Shown here: positions 1-12,177 of the stretch, one piece after another | Numbering within the stretch: position 1 is the stretch's first letter | How the letters are laid out: each line of letters opens with the position of its first letter | Assembly: GCA_009602735.1 (NCBI GenBank) | Contig: WELA01003305.1 | Location: 281,568 to 332,086, forward strand | Source: Mesotaenium endlicherianum | Lineage: Eukaryota | DNA: 50,519 nt | Reading direction: 5' to 3' | Position numbers and translations under genes: made by a program | The notes under the pieces: model-generated | What the model was told of the DNA's origin: nothing | What the model saw: only the letters and a program-made list of their open reading frames with translations | Database searches by the model: none

Positions 1-47
<47 letters not shown>
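1..47. repeat. (AG)n microsatellite
   Basis: Directly visible, followed by a G run. Confidence 0.95.
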
Positions 48-48
<1 letters not shown>

Positions 49-489
49 GGGGGGGGGGATGATTATCAGATTCTCCGTTCCCACAAAAGAAGAGAGGACC
101 CGGGGCTTGGCCCAGAAAAGGCCAGCAATTGGAGCCTATCACCTCAGCCTATCACCTGTTAGACTCTGAACCGTGTGTCTCCCTCCCCAAGCACCAATCT
201 GCCGTGTCTGCTACACCCTAAACCCCACCCTTGTGTGTACAATTCCAAAGGGTCCAGCTACGCTCTCTCGAACTACCAGATGTGAACACACGCCAAGTAC
301 CTCACCATCGCGGTCACATGCTGACGGGAGCACACCCCACACCAGCCCTGTCTGCTAGACCCTAGGTGCTAGGCCCAGTACCATTCTGGTAGGTCCAGCT
401 ACGCATTCAAACTGCCTGGCTTGATGAACCAACATCGCGCTCGCGTGCGCGCGTACCAAAGAGAGAGCATGCCCCGCGCAGGCCCAGGC

Positions 490-612
490 ACAGGCGTGAC
501 GGTAGGGGCGTCGGAGAGAGAGGGTGAGCAGATTGTGCTAAGAAGGAAAACACCCCTGGCGCAGGCGCAGGCGTGAACGGTAGGGGCGTCGGAGAGAGAG
601 GGTGAGCTGCTT
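490..612. repeat. Direct duplication (~40 bp core, ~78 bp apart)
   Basis: CAGGCGTGA(A)CGGTAGGGGCGTCGGAGAGAGAGGGTGAGC occurs twice. Confidence 0.85.
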
Positions 613-782
613 GTGCTGAGAGGAATTGAATCTGTCGTTATAAGACTCGCCTGCCGCAGCAGCGTGAGCTGCGCTGCTGCCGCCTCCTGAGTTCTGTCGC
701 CCGGCGCTTGCAAAGTAAGGAGGGCACACTAAGAGCTGCTCGCTACACGCATATGTACGAGGCTCTTCGTGCTGACAGAGAC

Positions 783-915
783 TTACGCACACAAATGCCA
801 TTGCGTGCTGTATGTGCGTTGTGTGTGCCCGCATGTGTCGGTGTGCCTGAGTGCGTGTGTGTGCGTATGCGTGTGTTTTTGTGCGTGTGGGTGTGGGTCT
901 GTGTGCGTGCGTGCA

Positions 916-959
<44 letters not shown>

Positions 960-1075
960 TGCGCGCAAGCGTATGCATGCGTGCGTGCATGAGCGTGTGT
1001 GTTTGTGCGCGTGTGTATGCGTATGTGTCCGTGTGTGCGCACGCGTCCGTGTCTGTGTGAGCGCATGCGCGAGTA
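783..1075. repeat. Degenerate (TG/CG/TA)n alternating purine-pyrimidine tract
   Basis: Directly visible in the last visible CIPK intron. Similar tracts occur at about 3500-3570, 3795-3885, 4148-4262, 7615-7705, 9935-10145, 20070-20292, 21155-21285, 21690-21745, 35028-35245 and 45070-45205. Confidence 0.9.
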
Positions 1076-1118
1076 GCAAATCCCAAGCGCCAGTGTGTCT
1101 GGGGCACGAAGCGCTCAC

Positions 1119-2253
1119 CTTGTGGTAGTCGAGCGTGTCGCCCGCAGCCTTCCGGACCTCCACCATGTAAAGCCCGGGGGCCACTTCAAACACCTGCCGC
1201 ACGCACGACGCGCCACATGCACGCCAGCGTCATCAGAAGTCTGGCTGCTCCCGTGCTAGGCACAGCAGCGCAGCATGCGCAGAGCCCGTGCAGCTCGGCT
1301 CTCCAACTCGCATCCTCGTTTCGGTTCGTTTTTTGTTCGTATCTGGTTTGTTTATGGTTTGTCCTTGGTTCGTTCTTGATTCGTTCTTGGTCGGTCCGTT
1401 TTGATCCGTTTTTGGCTCTCAAACTCCTCACGTAGAGCTGGCTGGAAGGTGATGGGCATCACATCGCACGGATCATTTGGAACGGCGAAGCACGCAACTC
1501 GTACGGATCGTGTGGCGCAGGTGTAGGTGCATCGTCCATTCAGGACCAGCACCCAAGCAAAATTCTAAGCCCTGACCCGAGCGGACGTCGAGTGTCATGT
1601 CTAGGAGGGAGAGAGGTGCACAGTACTTGGACGGCGACGGACAGGTGGCCCACTCTTCCAGGCTCTGCTCCCTCCAGCCGCATCTGCGCACATCCGAACA
1701 AGCAAACAAGACAGGGCAAGGAAAAAAGAAAGAGAGCAGAGAGTGAGGGGAGTGCGTGGTAAGGTAATACGCGGAACTGACACCCAGTGAGTGCTCCCTC
1801 AAGCCCCATTCGCCACCATAGAAGAGAACAGAGGAGAACAACAGGACACAGGAGAGTGAGGTTGCACCACGAAATAAGAACCCTGCCCTGGACTGCTGGG
1901 CAGCTGGACTAGGCGCTCTGCCAGGTGGCCCTCATCATGCCAGCTAGACTGGGCACTTTACCAGGTGCCTCACGTCTCGCCAGCCGGACTGGGCACTCTG
2001 CCAGGTGGGCCATCATGCCAATTGCACAGAAACTGAGCCGCTCGCTGTCCTCTGCTGTTGCAGTTGACACTTGTTGCAGTTGAAATCTTAAAGGAGAGCC
2101 AACACATGCGTGCCAAGATGCCTCCCCCCAGAAGGTGCTGACCTGACACTCTCAAGCGGGTTGCATTGCGGAGGTTCTTGCTATGCTGCTTATGAAGAAG
2201 CTTGCAATGGTGGTGCCTCTCTCTCTCTCTCTCGCACACACACACACACACAG

Positions 2254-2335
<82 letters not shown>

Positions 2336-4147
2336 GCACACACAGAGAAACACACACACACGCGCCCACACAGACACGCACGGCCACACACACTCACGCA
2401 CGAGAACGCAAGGCGGGAGTAGGCTGCCCCCTTGCCACGAGGCCTTGTGCTGCCGCCGACCGCGGGTAGCAACAGCAGCAGCAGCAGCAGGAAGAGGAGC
2501 AGCGAGAGAGCACCCCCCCACCTTGAAGCCACGCACTTGCACGCGGAAGCCCAACGCGCGCGACGCGCCCTCCAGGCTCTCCAGGATCTCGCGGGCGGCC
2601 GCCTTGGACGTGAAGCGCGTCTGCCGCCTCACCAGGTCCTGCGCCCACGCCAGCAAGCCAGCCAAAAAGCGCACGTGGGCCCTAGGCCTGAGCGTTAGGT
2701 CCTGGCAAAACATGCGCTGCCTTACCAGGTCCTGCGCCCATGCCAGCCAAGCCAGCCAAGATGCGCGTGGGCCCAAGGCCTGAGCATTGGGCCCCTAGGG
2801 GCACACGCGCTGCCTGACCAGGTCCTGCGCGCACGCCAGCCAAGGCGCGCGTGGACCCAAGGCCAGAGCGCTGCCTGACCAGGTCCTGCGCGAGCGCGCA
2901 GCAGAGGCTCGGCAAAGGCTCGGCTTGGGTCAGCCAGATCTAATTAGGGTTTCGAGCTTCAGGCCCAGAGCTTCGGACTTAGGGCTTTGAATGTAAGGTT
3001 CTGAAATCCGGGCATAGGCGCTGCCTCACCTCGCCAAGTGCTGCGCACGCGGCAGAGCCTCAGCCCGGGTGAAGGGACTTGGGTAGCAACTTTCTAGCGT
3101 CCCACTTCCGGGTTCGGGTTTGGGCTTAAAGGCTTAAGGGTTGCAAATTAGGGTTCTCCAGAATAGCTGCTGCCTTGCCAAGTCCTGCACATGCCAGGCA
3201 GGGCTCGAGGGCCCGAGGTGTGGGCCGAGGCTTTAAGGCGCTAGAATTTTGGGGTGAAGGTGCTCCCTCTCCAAGTCCTGTGCACGACAGTCGTGGCCCA
3301 CAGCTTGGGGCTTGGGGCTTGGGGGCTGGTGGAGCGGGCCCAAGGCTCGGGCCGCAATCTCGGTTCAGGCCCAGGGTCAGGTTTTGGTTCGGGTTTGAGT
3401 AAGGGTTTGCTGTGGGGTAGAGAGCCCGCCAGTCAGGGCTGGCGGCTCACTGGGGGCTTGTGAGCCGGAGTGGGGCCTGCGGGCCTGCGGGCCTGAGGGG
3501 TCACACGCATACACGCGCGCTAACACATACACAAACATGCACACACACGCAGACGCACACGCGCACACACCTGTCGCTTCTCAAAGAGTGCGCCGAGGTC
3601 GAGGCCCTGCGAGAGCGTGATGAGCTCGAACGCGTTCATGGCTTCCGGCACGAGGTCCTTGATGTCCCGCGGGCTGCCCTTCACCTCGTCAATGTGGTGC
3701 TCCTGCAAGCGCGCGCGCAAATAGATGGAGAAAGAGGGAAGGAGACGACACGGAGGAGTAGAAGGATGAGTTCATGAGCCCTGTGATGTTTGTACACGCA
3801 CGCCCACTCTACATAAAAGCACGCATGCATACACGCATGCACGCATGCAAGCGCGCACGCACACATGCACACACACACCCATGCATGGGAGTAGGAAAAA
3901 GAAGTCTGAGAGGGTGGGGAGAGAATGGTAGGGGGGGGAGCGAGGGGGGAGGGAGGGGGGTTTTGGAAGCACTCTAACGCTTCCAAGTGCATGCGAGGGC
4001 TTGGAGAAAAAGAGGAAGACGGGGGAAGCATTTAAGAACAGCTGCATGTTTGCCGCGGCAGCCCCTGCGCAACTCCAGACACAGTTAGAAGGAGGGCTCT
4101 GTCGAATATGTCATTGAACTGAGAGAGCATAGAGGCACAGACGAACC

Positions 4148-4197
<50 letters not shown>

Positions 4198-7100
4198 GAG
4201 ATAGGTACGCGCACAAACGCACGCAGACAGGTACGTGCACGCACGCACACACGCACACACGCGGGACAGATCTACAGGTGCCATGCAGGTGCCAGATTGT
4301 CCCCCACGTTTGGGGCCAAGAAGTACGGTAGCAATGAAGTAGGAAGATGCCCGTGCGCTTGCGCGGGCACTCAGGCGTACCCCCGCACATCCCACGCACG
4401 CACTGACGCACATGCATACCAGGAACACGCAGTGGCAGAACAGAGATCTCTCTCCCTGGCTTTCTCCCTCCCGCTTTCCCTCCTCTCTCCCACACACACA
4501 CACACGCGCACGAGCGCGCACGTCCATGTAAGACATCAGACAGTAAGCAACAAGGCAGTATCCATAAGAGACAGGGCCAGGCAGCGGCCAGTGAGTGATC
4601 GACGTGCACCAGGCGTGGAGGGGGGAAGGGGGGAGAGTGGAGAGCTCGTCCTCCGCATGCAGGGCAGCAGCTCGCTCTCAGAAGGAGTCGGGCGCCAGCT
4701 GTCCAGCTGTCTGGCTGTCTGGCTGTCAAGAGGGAGGAGACGGGCTGTCAACAGGGTGAGCGGGGCTGTCAGAGGGGTGAGCGGGTGCCAGGTGCCAGGT
4801 GGCGGCGGCAGCCTCACGTGAGAGTCGCTGAAGACGTGGTGGATGTCGTCCAGGCTGGTGCCCTCCTCCTCGCTGTACGGCCGCACGGGGATGTACCCCT
4901 CCCTGAACCACGCGTCCTGCCTGATGGCCTCGTAGCTCGCCCGCTGCAAGCCCATGGAGGGAGCGTGACTTTGACGGATGGTTCAGGGTTCTTAGGATTA
5001 GGACTTTTAGGTTTTGGGTTTTCAGGTTTGGGATGGGGGGTTTCCAAGGGGTGGCGGTGCACGCTTTCGTGTTCGGGTTCCTGCTTGATGACCCCCGTAG
5101 ATTGCTCGCTGCAGTGCGCAGGGGGGGGCACAGAGGGGAGAACGTAAAGCATGCCTGGACTATTATCCCTGCCCCAGGGAAGTGGGTCCGATGTTGAGTT
5201 CCGTACACGGCCTGGCGGCGACACAGGGGGGGCAGCCCTCCCTGGGCCACGGATCCTGCCTGTCTTGCCTAATGATCTCATAGCTCGCTCGCTGCTGCCC
5301 ACACAGGGGGAGTGAGCTTGCTTCGGGACTTAGGGTTTCTCAAAGCGGCGGTGCAGTGCGCGCTCTCGGGCTCAGGGCCCTGCCTTCTCGCTTCGCAGCT
5401 TGAACACCTGGCAGCGTACGCCTAAGAGCTAGTCCCCACCTGAGAACGTACACCCAGGGACATAGACGCCTACAAACGTGCACGCCTGGCAACGCACGCC
5501 CCTAAGAACATGCAGGCCTCGGAGCCACTACCCAGGAGCGTGCCCACCTAGGAACGTGCCCACCGAGGAGGTTGACACACCGAGGAAATTGACACAGCTA
5601 GGAGCCTACGCCTAGGAAGGCGCACCTAGGAAGTAGCCTCACCTGAGAACGATACAACCTGGGAACTTAACACACCTAGAAACTTGACACCTAGTACCCT
5701 ACACCTAGGAACTAGCCCCGCCTCAGAGCGCTCACACCTGGGAACTAGCACAGGAGCCTACGCCCAGGAACGCACACCTATGAAGGAAGGTACACACTTA
5801 GAGACGGACACACATGGGAGAGAGCAACCAGGTGGGGATAAGGCAATGATGCATCGGCATGAGGTATAGGAGGCGGCCTAGGCTGGGGCGGGAAAGGGAG
5901 GGGGGGCAGGGGGGGACAGGTGTCACCTTGGCAGGATCGGGCTGCAGGATCTTATTGATCAGGTTCGTTGCTCCCGGGGAGAACCATGCGGGGCACTTGA
6001 ACTCGGCCTTGTGTATCTGGGGAGAATGGGGATACGCGCACGCGCACCACACACACACACACACACGAGCGTGCACAGATATGTGGGGAAGCGTTTACAC
6101 CACAATCACAAATGAATCAAAAGGCATGGACACAACGGGGCGATGTAGGAGCCCACGCCTCTCGCTGTCGTGAGGAGGGAATAAGCTAGGGTTTGTGTCG
6201 GGAAATCGAAGGGCATCGAGGGAGCCAGAAATAATATAGAGCCAGGCAACAGCAGCAGCAGCAGCAAAAAGTTCCCACAGAGCAGGAGCGACGGCACCAG
6301 CAGGGAGCAGGAGCAGAGGCAGGAGAAGCAGCAGCAGCAGCAGCAATTGCATTCAAAGAGTAAGAGCAGCAGCCCCAAGAGTACCAGTCACAGAGCAGCA
6401 GCAGGAGCACTTGCAGGCCAATAAGAGCAGCAGCAGGAGCACCACCTGCCGCAGCAGCATAGCCACTGCAGCAGCAGCAGCAGCACAAGCAGCAGCAGCG
6501 GCAGGAGCAGCAGCAGCGGCAGGAGCAGCAGCAGCGGCAGGAGCAGCAGCACTGGCGCTGGAGGCAGTGTCGCAAGCAGGAGCGCCGCAGGTACCTTCTT
6601 GTACAGGGTCATCAGATCGGCCTCATCAAACGGCAAGAACCCGGCCATGAGGACAAACAGGATGACGCCACACGACCACAGGTCGGCCCTCGCGCCGTCG
6701 TACCCCTTGTCGTCCAGCACCTGCCAGCTCAGCACATCCAGGGGCGCAGCTTGAGGGCCGAGCAAGCTACTCGATATAGTGATGCGACCAAAAGTTGGCC
6801 AGGGCGCCAGGAGGAGGAGGAGGAGGAGGAGGAAGAGGAAGAGGAAGAGTAAATTTGAGAAGTAGGGGTGGCCCGCACCCTGTGGGTCCCAGGGAGGATC
6901 TTTTCGGTGCCCACGTGTTACAAAGTCTCAGCACTTGGAGCATTGCGAGAAATATGAGCTGCAGGGCCATTTGGGGGGGGGGCGAGAGGNNNNNNNNNNN
7001 NNNNNNNNNNNNNNNNNNNNNNNNNGGGGGGCGAGAGGGGGGGGGAGAGGAACGACGAGGCCCGGGGCTGAGATTGTGCCCAGAGGTTTCAGGAGGAGGC

Positions 7101-10081
7101 AGGGGCAGGGGGCTGGGGCTGAGTGGGGCTGGGGTGCGCTAAGCCCACCAGGGCCTCAGTGGGGTCGGATAGAGGAGCCTGGAGAGCTTTCTTTGGGGTA
7201 AACAGGGAAGGGCAGAAGGGCTTGCCAGAGACACACAACAGGGGGGATTTTGACAGCTGGCGGGGTTTAAGAGGCATGTAGCCAGCCTCTTGGGGGTCGC
7301 GTGCGAGCGCAGAGCGCATGGGGCATCACAGAGGGCGGGGTGACAAAGAAGGGGGGATTCTCCCCACTCTGCGCCCGGCCCGCTTGGCGCGAGGCGAGAG
7401 TGGCAAGGCGAGTGAGGTTTTCATTGGGAGTAGCGCGTGACTACCAGAAGCAGAGGGCGGGGGGCGCATGCGGTCCGAAAGGTTGCATGCAAAGAAAGTA
7501 TGTAGCGTGCACATGTGCGTGCGTGCGTGACATGTGTACCTCGGGGGCGACGTAGTTGGGCGTCCCACAGGTGGTGTGCAGCAGCCCGTCGTCCTGCACC
7601 CCACTCGCGACGAGGGGCACGCACGAGGGCACGTGCACACACACGCACACATACGCACACGCGCACGCACACTGTGCATGAGCCCGTGCGCGCACGCCTG
7701 CTCATGCGCTTGTCTATCTGGGCCTACATGTGATATTTGGCATGCTCGTCACACACGAGCAGACCTGCTCACACCCTTATACCCTTGTGCCTCTTTGTGC
7801 TCCTACACGCTCTTCACAGGCTCAGAGAAGCCCCGCACCTTGTCACCCATGCCCCCTTGTCGTCTGCAAGTGCAGCACACATCTTTTGTGGGGCTTGCCA
7901 GCCGGAGGGCTGAGGGGGGGGGGCAGGGGNNNNNNNNNNNNNNNNNNNNNNNNNNNNNNNNNNNNNNNNNNNNNNNNNNNNNNNNNNNNNNNNNNNNNNN
8001 NNNNNNNNNNNNNNNNNNNNNNNNNNNNNNNNNNNNNNNNNNNNNNNNNNNNNNNNNNNNNNNNNNNNNNNNNNNNNNNNNNNNNNNNNNNNNNNNNNNN
8101 NNNNNNNNNNNNNNNNNNNNNNNNNNNNNNNNNNNNNNNNNNNNNNNNNNNNNNNNNNNNNNNNNNNNNNNNNNNNNNNNNNNNNNNNNNNNGGGGGGGG
8201 GGCACTGGCTGAGCTTCACTCGGTGGGCCGAGCGCCGAGCGGTGAGCTGGCAAGCTCACAGGACTCAAAGCATACATACATACATATATATTTATATATG
8301 CCACTCCAAGCATTTGAATGCACTTATATACGTACATCTACATGCATCTACATCTATAACTGCCAAGGTATCTGTGTACGCACATACATGTACAAGACCC
8401 CCACACCATCGGGTAGCACAGCAAGACTTGAGCATCCTCTCCTTGTATTTAGTTCCTCAGAGGGGCCAGCTGGCAGTGCTCATGACGAGGAATCAGAGTG
8501 AAAGCGCGGGGAAGGGGGGCAGCCCCCTGAAAGGTGGGGAGGAGGGGGGGGGGGGGGATGCTTACCCGGAATTGATGGGGCAGGGCACTCAGCCCGAAGT
8601 CTGAGATCTTCAGGTGGCCCTTGTCATCAAGAAGAAGATTCTCCGGCTGCCAGCACATCACGCCACAGTGAAGCATGACACTGACAGTAGTTCAGTGCCC
8701 TGCAGGTGGAGCAGGAGGAGGAGCAGGAGGAGGACGAGAACGAGGAGAACGAGCAGCGGCATCAGCAGCAGCAGCTGCGGCGGGCGGAAACAGCGGCAGC
8801 AGCGGTAACAGCAGCAGCAGGAGGAGTCGGCATCAGCAGCAGCGACAGTGGCAACAGCGTCAGCGGCAGCGGCGGGGAGAGAAGATCCAGAGGTGGCCTT
8901 GAAGGCGTGCCAGAGGACAGGCCGAGGGGAGTCCACACATTTCGGGGCCTTGCCCCCTCTCCCCTCTCCCCTTCCTCCTCCGTTCTGCAGCAGGGGAGCC
9001 TTGCAAGCCGGCGTTCTCCTCGGCTGCGAGTGTCTCTGCCTTGGCCAGGAATCGACACGTGTCGTGCTCTCCTTTGCAGCGAGCAGGGGGTGTGACCGTC
9101 TATTTCGTAGTACGTTCTCATTGTGGGAGAGCGTGTGCCAACGGGAGAGTGACTGCACGGTTTTCTGCACATAGCGGTCGCGGAGTGCATTTGACGGGGG
9201 TGTGCGTCGGTACTCCCTGTATTGTGTAAGGGCACGTGCTGACATCATCATATGAGCAGGCGTACATTTCTCTTCGTGTAGCGAGTTGCTTTTTTTTTGG
9301 GGGGNNNNNNNNNNNNNNNNNNNNNNNNNNNNNNNNNNNNNNNNNNNNNNNNNNNNNNNNNNNNNNNNNNNNNNNNNNNNNNNNNNNNNNNNNNNNNNNN
9401 NNNNNNNNNNNNNNNNNNNNNNNNNNNNNNNNNNNNNNNNNNNNNNNNNNNNNNNNNNNNNNNNNNNGGGGGGGGTTTGTTGTGCAATACTCTCGTGCGT
9501 TCTGACAGTTGGGTTTCTAACAGGAGGGCACTCCCCGTCGAAGCGAGTGGGTGTGAGATTCTTGCTGTAAGAGTGACTGCAGTGTGTGTGTGTGTGTGTG
9601 AGTGCTCAAGAATCGTGGGCTGGCAGCGTGACCCAAACAACGCCCGGGAGTGCCTCAGGTTATTCCAAGGGAGCACTCTCTGACTAGGGCAACAGAAGTC
9701 TTCAATGTGAGTTTCTTGTGAGCACTACACGAAAGAGCGCTAGGACGCTGCCACCTGTACGAAGCAGCGGGGGCTCTGGCTCCCTTGGGGGGCGGCCGAG
9801 GGGCGAGAGGTTCACAACTGCCAGAGCAGGCAGAAATGACGGCCTCCCAGAACACGACGCGTATGGGTAAGTCTCAAGAGAGGAGTGGGGCGCTGCCTTC
9901 ACACAATCCCCCTCATTGCTTATGGTGCTTCTGATGAGTGTGTGTGTGCATGTGTGTGCGCGTGCATGCACGCACTTGCGTGAGTGTGCATGCGCGGTGT
10001 GTATGTGTGTGCGTGTGTGTGTGTGGTTAAGGGAGAGTGTACGTGCACGTATGCGTCGTGCATCGTGTGCGCATGCATGTG

Positions 10082-10121
<40 letters not shown>

Positions 10122-12177
10122 CTGTGTGCGTATGAGAGTGCACACCTTCAGGTCTCTGTGGAACACGCCCTTGCTGTGACAGAACTCGACGGCGTCAATA
10201 AGCTGCTGGAAGTACTTCCTGGAGCTGTCTTCCTTCAGCCTCCCTTGATGCACCTGTTGAGTCGCCAGACCCGAAGACCGTCAGATCCCATAACCCGAGG
10301 AAAAGACCCCCCCACTGCATTATGTTTATATATGTTTACTTGAACACACTTTCACTTCTCAGCACGAGGTTGCACTTCTCAGCAAAGAAAAGCAAAGCAA
10401 CGCATTTTTTGGCAATGCAACATCTGCGAGTGGCATCCAGGTAAGAGCTGCACAGAGGACTGAGCAGCAAAACCGGGTGGGCTGCAAAGGTGACGGTGGG
10501 GCAACTGCAGGTCAGAATTTGCAGTTGACAAACGCAGCAAACGCAGGCGCCAGCTGGCAACGGTCCGGGGCAAATTCTAGCCAGCGGCATGGAGCTCACA
10601 TGAAGCAGCTACTCAGAAGCAGCCACTCAGATCAAGTGTCAACCTTCGCATCAGACAAGATACGGGCATGGACAAAGGACCAGCTGCTCGGACTTACAAT
10701 CTTGTCAAAGAGTTCGCCCCCAGTCACAAACTCGAGCACGATGTAGATCCTCGTGCGCGACGCCAGCACCTGGCCACACACACGCCCCCGGCAGGATCCT
10801 CGTCACTCCCTTACATGCTCAAGCCTGTCCCTCCCTTACATGCGCAATGACAGCACTTAGAAACATGTCCCGGCAGGATCCTCGTCACTGCCTTACATGC
10901 TTAAGCCTGTCACTCCCTCATATACTTAAGCCTGTCACTCCCTTACATGCATAAGCCTGTTGACTTTCTCTCTCCCCCTCAATTTCTGTTTCTTCCCGCT
11001 CTCTTCATCTCCAATTTTCCCGTTGTCTCTGCCCTTTCTAATAAGGAAGTGGAAGTAAGCAAAGTTTGCGCTGGCTGAGGCGAGTTCCTGCATCCAGCCT
11101 TTCATGAATTTCTGACGACGTTCACAAACTGGTTGAGAGATCAACTTCCTTCAGGAAGGCTCTACTTTCACACCTTGAAGCAGCTACAGCCCACTGCTGT
11201 AGTTCACCTGCCTGGCCTATATGACTCGACCTGGTATAGCTACTGCAGTGATGATAAAGCTATATTGAAGCAATGATAAAGCACTCGGTCAGACCGCCAG
11301 ATGAGACAAACCAATGAGCCTTCCTGGTGCAATTGTATGCCACTAATGTGCCAGTAGCGTGCTCTTCCTGAGTCAGGCTGACTGCTACCAGTCGCTCCCA
11401 TCTTCTGTGTGTATGGACGGTGCACATCCATGTGATGGGTAACCAAAACAAAAAAAAATGAACTACTTAACTCTTTGGGGTAAATCTTCTCGCTTTTGAT
11501 AGCGATCGTGCCTCACCACTGACAGGAAGTACGGCCAGAAGGGCCACGATGACTAAGGCATAGGTCGAATTCGAAGGAATGTGCAGCAATCAAAGAAACT
11601 CTATCGTGATATAATTTGTGCGAAGTCCGCAACTGCTGCCAAGGTCAGAGTTTGTACCCCAATGGAAATTCTTTATGTCCTGGTCCACCAGCCTCTCCAT
11701 GAAAAGTTTCAGGCATGGGTAAGTGACGGTACAATATCTATGGCCCTGAAAGGTGGCAACAGAATGTACCTCATGAAGACGAACTACATTGGGATGCCTC
11801 ACGAGCTTCATGATGGAGATTTCCCGCTTGATCTGACAAATGAAGAGGATAACTACATAGTATCATCTTCTGAAACATACGAGCACGAAACAGTCAACCT
11901 TGCACATTCTTCTTTTTCAGTTAGATTGCAATCCAGCCTCTTTCAGCTCGTGCAAATACTTCCATGCTCTACAAAGCGTTGGTGGAATGACCATGTTTGT
12001 ATCAAATGTAGATGGTACCTGATTGACCATCTTGTGCTTCAGAATCTTCTCCTTGTCGAGCACCTTCAGAGCAACACTCTCCCCAGTGTCGACATTTTGA
12101 GCAAATTTTACCTTTGCGAATGTGCCCTCTCCAAGCGTTCGTCCAACCTCATACTTTCCCACTTTCTTCGCGTTCAT
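1119..12177 (-). CDS. CIPK: CBL-interacting Ser/Thr protein kinase (SnRK3/CIPK, intron-rich clade); 3' end incomplete in window
   Basis: Exons, with GT-AG introns that are all phase 0: 12177-12019, 11832-11770, 10769-10698, 10253-10146, 8646-8566, 7593-7540, 6720-6595, 6016-5927, 4943-4818, 3702-3571, 2638-2522, 1683-1627, 1193-1119. They join to 420 aa with [37 protein letters not shown], the NAF motif ([15 protein letters not shown]), QTRFTS and [26 protein letters not shown] donor follows the last visible exon; the terminal exon and stop were not found in 1-1118. Confidence 0.95.
1901..2020. repeat. 40-bp minisatellite, 3 copies
   Basis: Units start at 1901, 1941 and 1981 (CAGCYRGACTRGGCRCTYTRCCAGGTG...). 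Confidence 0.85.
2217..2400. repeat. Compound (CT)n(CA)n(GA)n(CA)n microsatellite
   Basis: Directly visible in CIPK intron 11. Confidence 0.95.
2620..2900. repeat. 93/93/61-bp tandem repeat containing the CIPK exon-11 splice acceptor
   Basis: ACCAGGTCCTGCG starts at 2631, 2724, 2817 and 2878 with similar flanks. Confidence 0.9.
5400..5800. repeat. Degenerate short-period minisatellite (CACCTAGGAAC-like)
   Basis: More than a dozen CACCT(A/G)/CGCCT(A/G) cores at ~15-30 bp spacing in CIPK intron 8. Confidence 0.8.
6247..6560. repeat. (CAG/GCA)n-rich triplet repeat region
   Basis: Directly visible in CIPK intron 7; a similar block lies at 8705-8880. Confidence 0.9.
10787..10960. repeat. ~25-bp tandem repeat (CACTCCCTTACATGCTTAAGCCTGT-like) within a larger duplication
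   Basis: About five units, plus CCGGCAGGATCCTCGTC twice, next to the CIPK exon-3 acceptor. Confidence 0.85.

Noticed and set aside
538..1202. ORFs rich in [16 protein letters not shown] (also about 2110-2780, 3680-4730, 19970-20350, 21050-21800, 34500-35250 and 43910-44300)
   Set aside because: They are translations of dinucleotide microsatellites in introns; only the short embedded exons are coding.
6186..6650. Poly-Cys/Leu/Ala/Gln ORFs (also 8614-9251)
   Set aside because: They arise from CAG/CTG repeats within CIPK introns. There is no support for a membrane-anchored retained-intron isoform.
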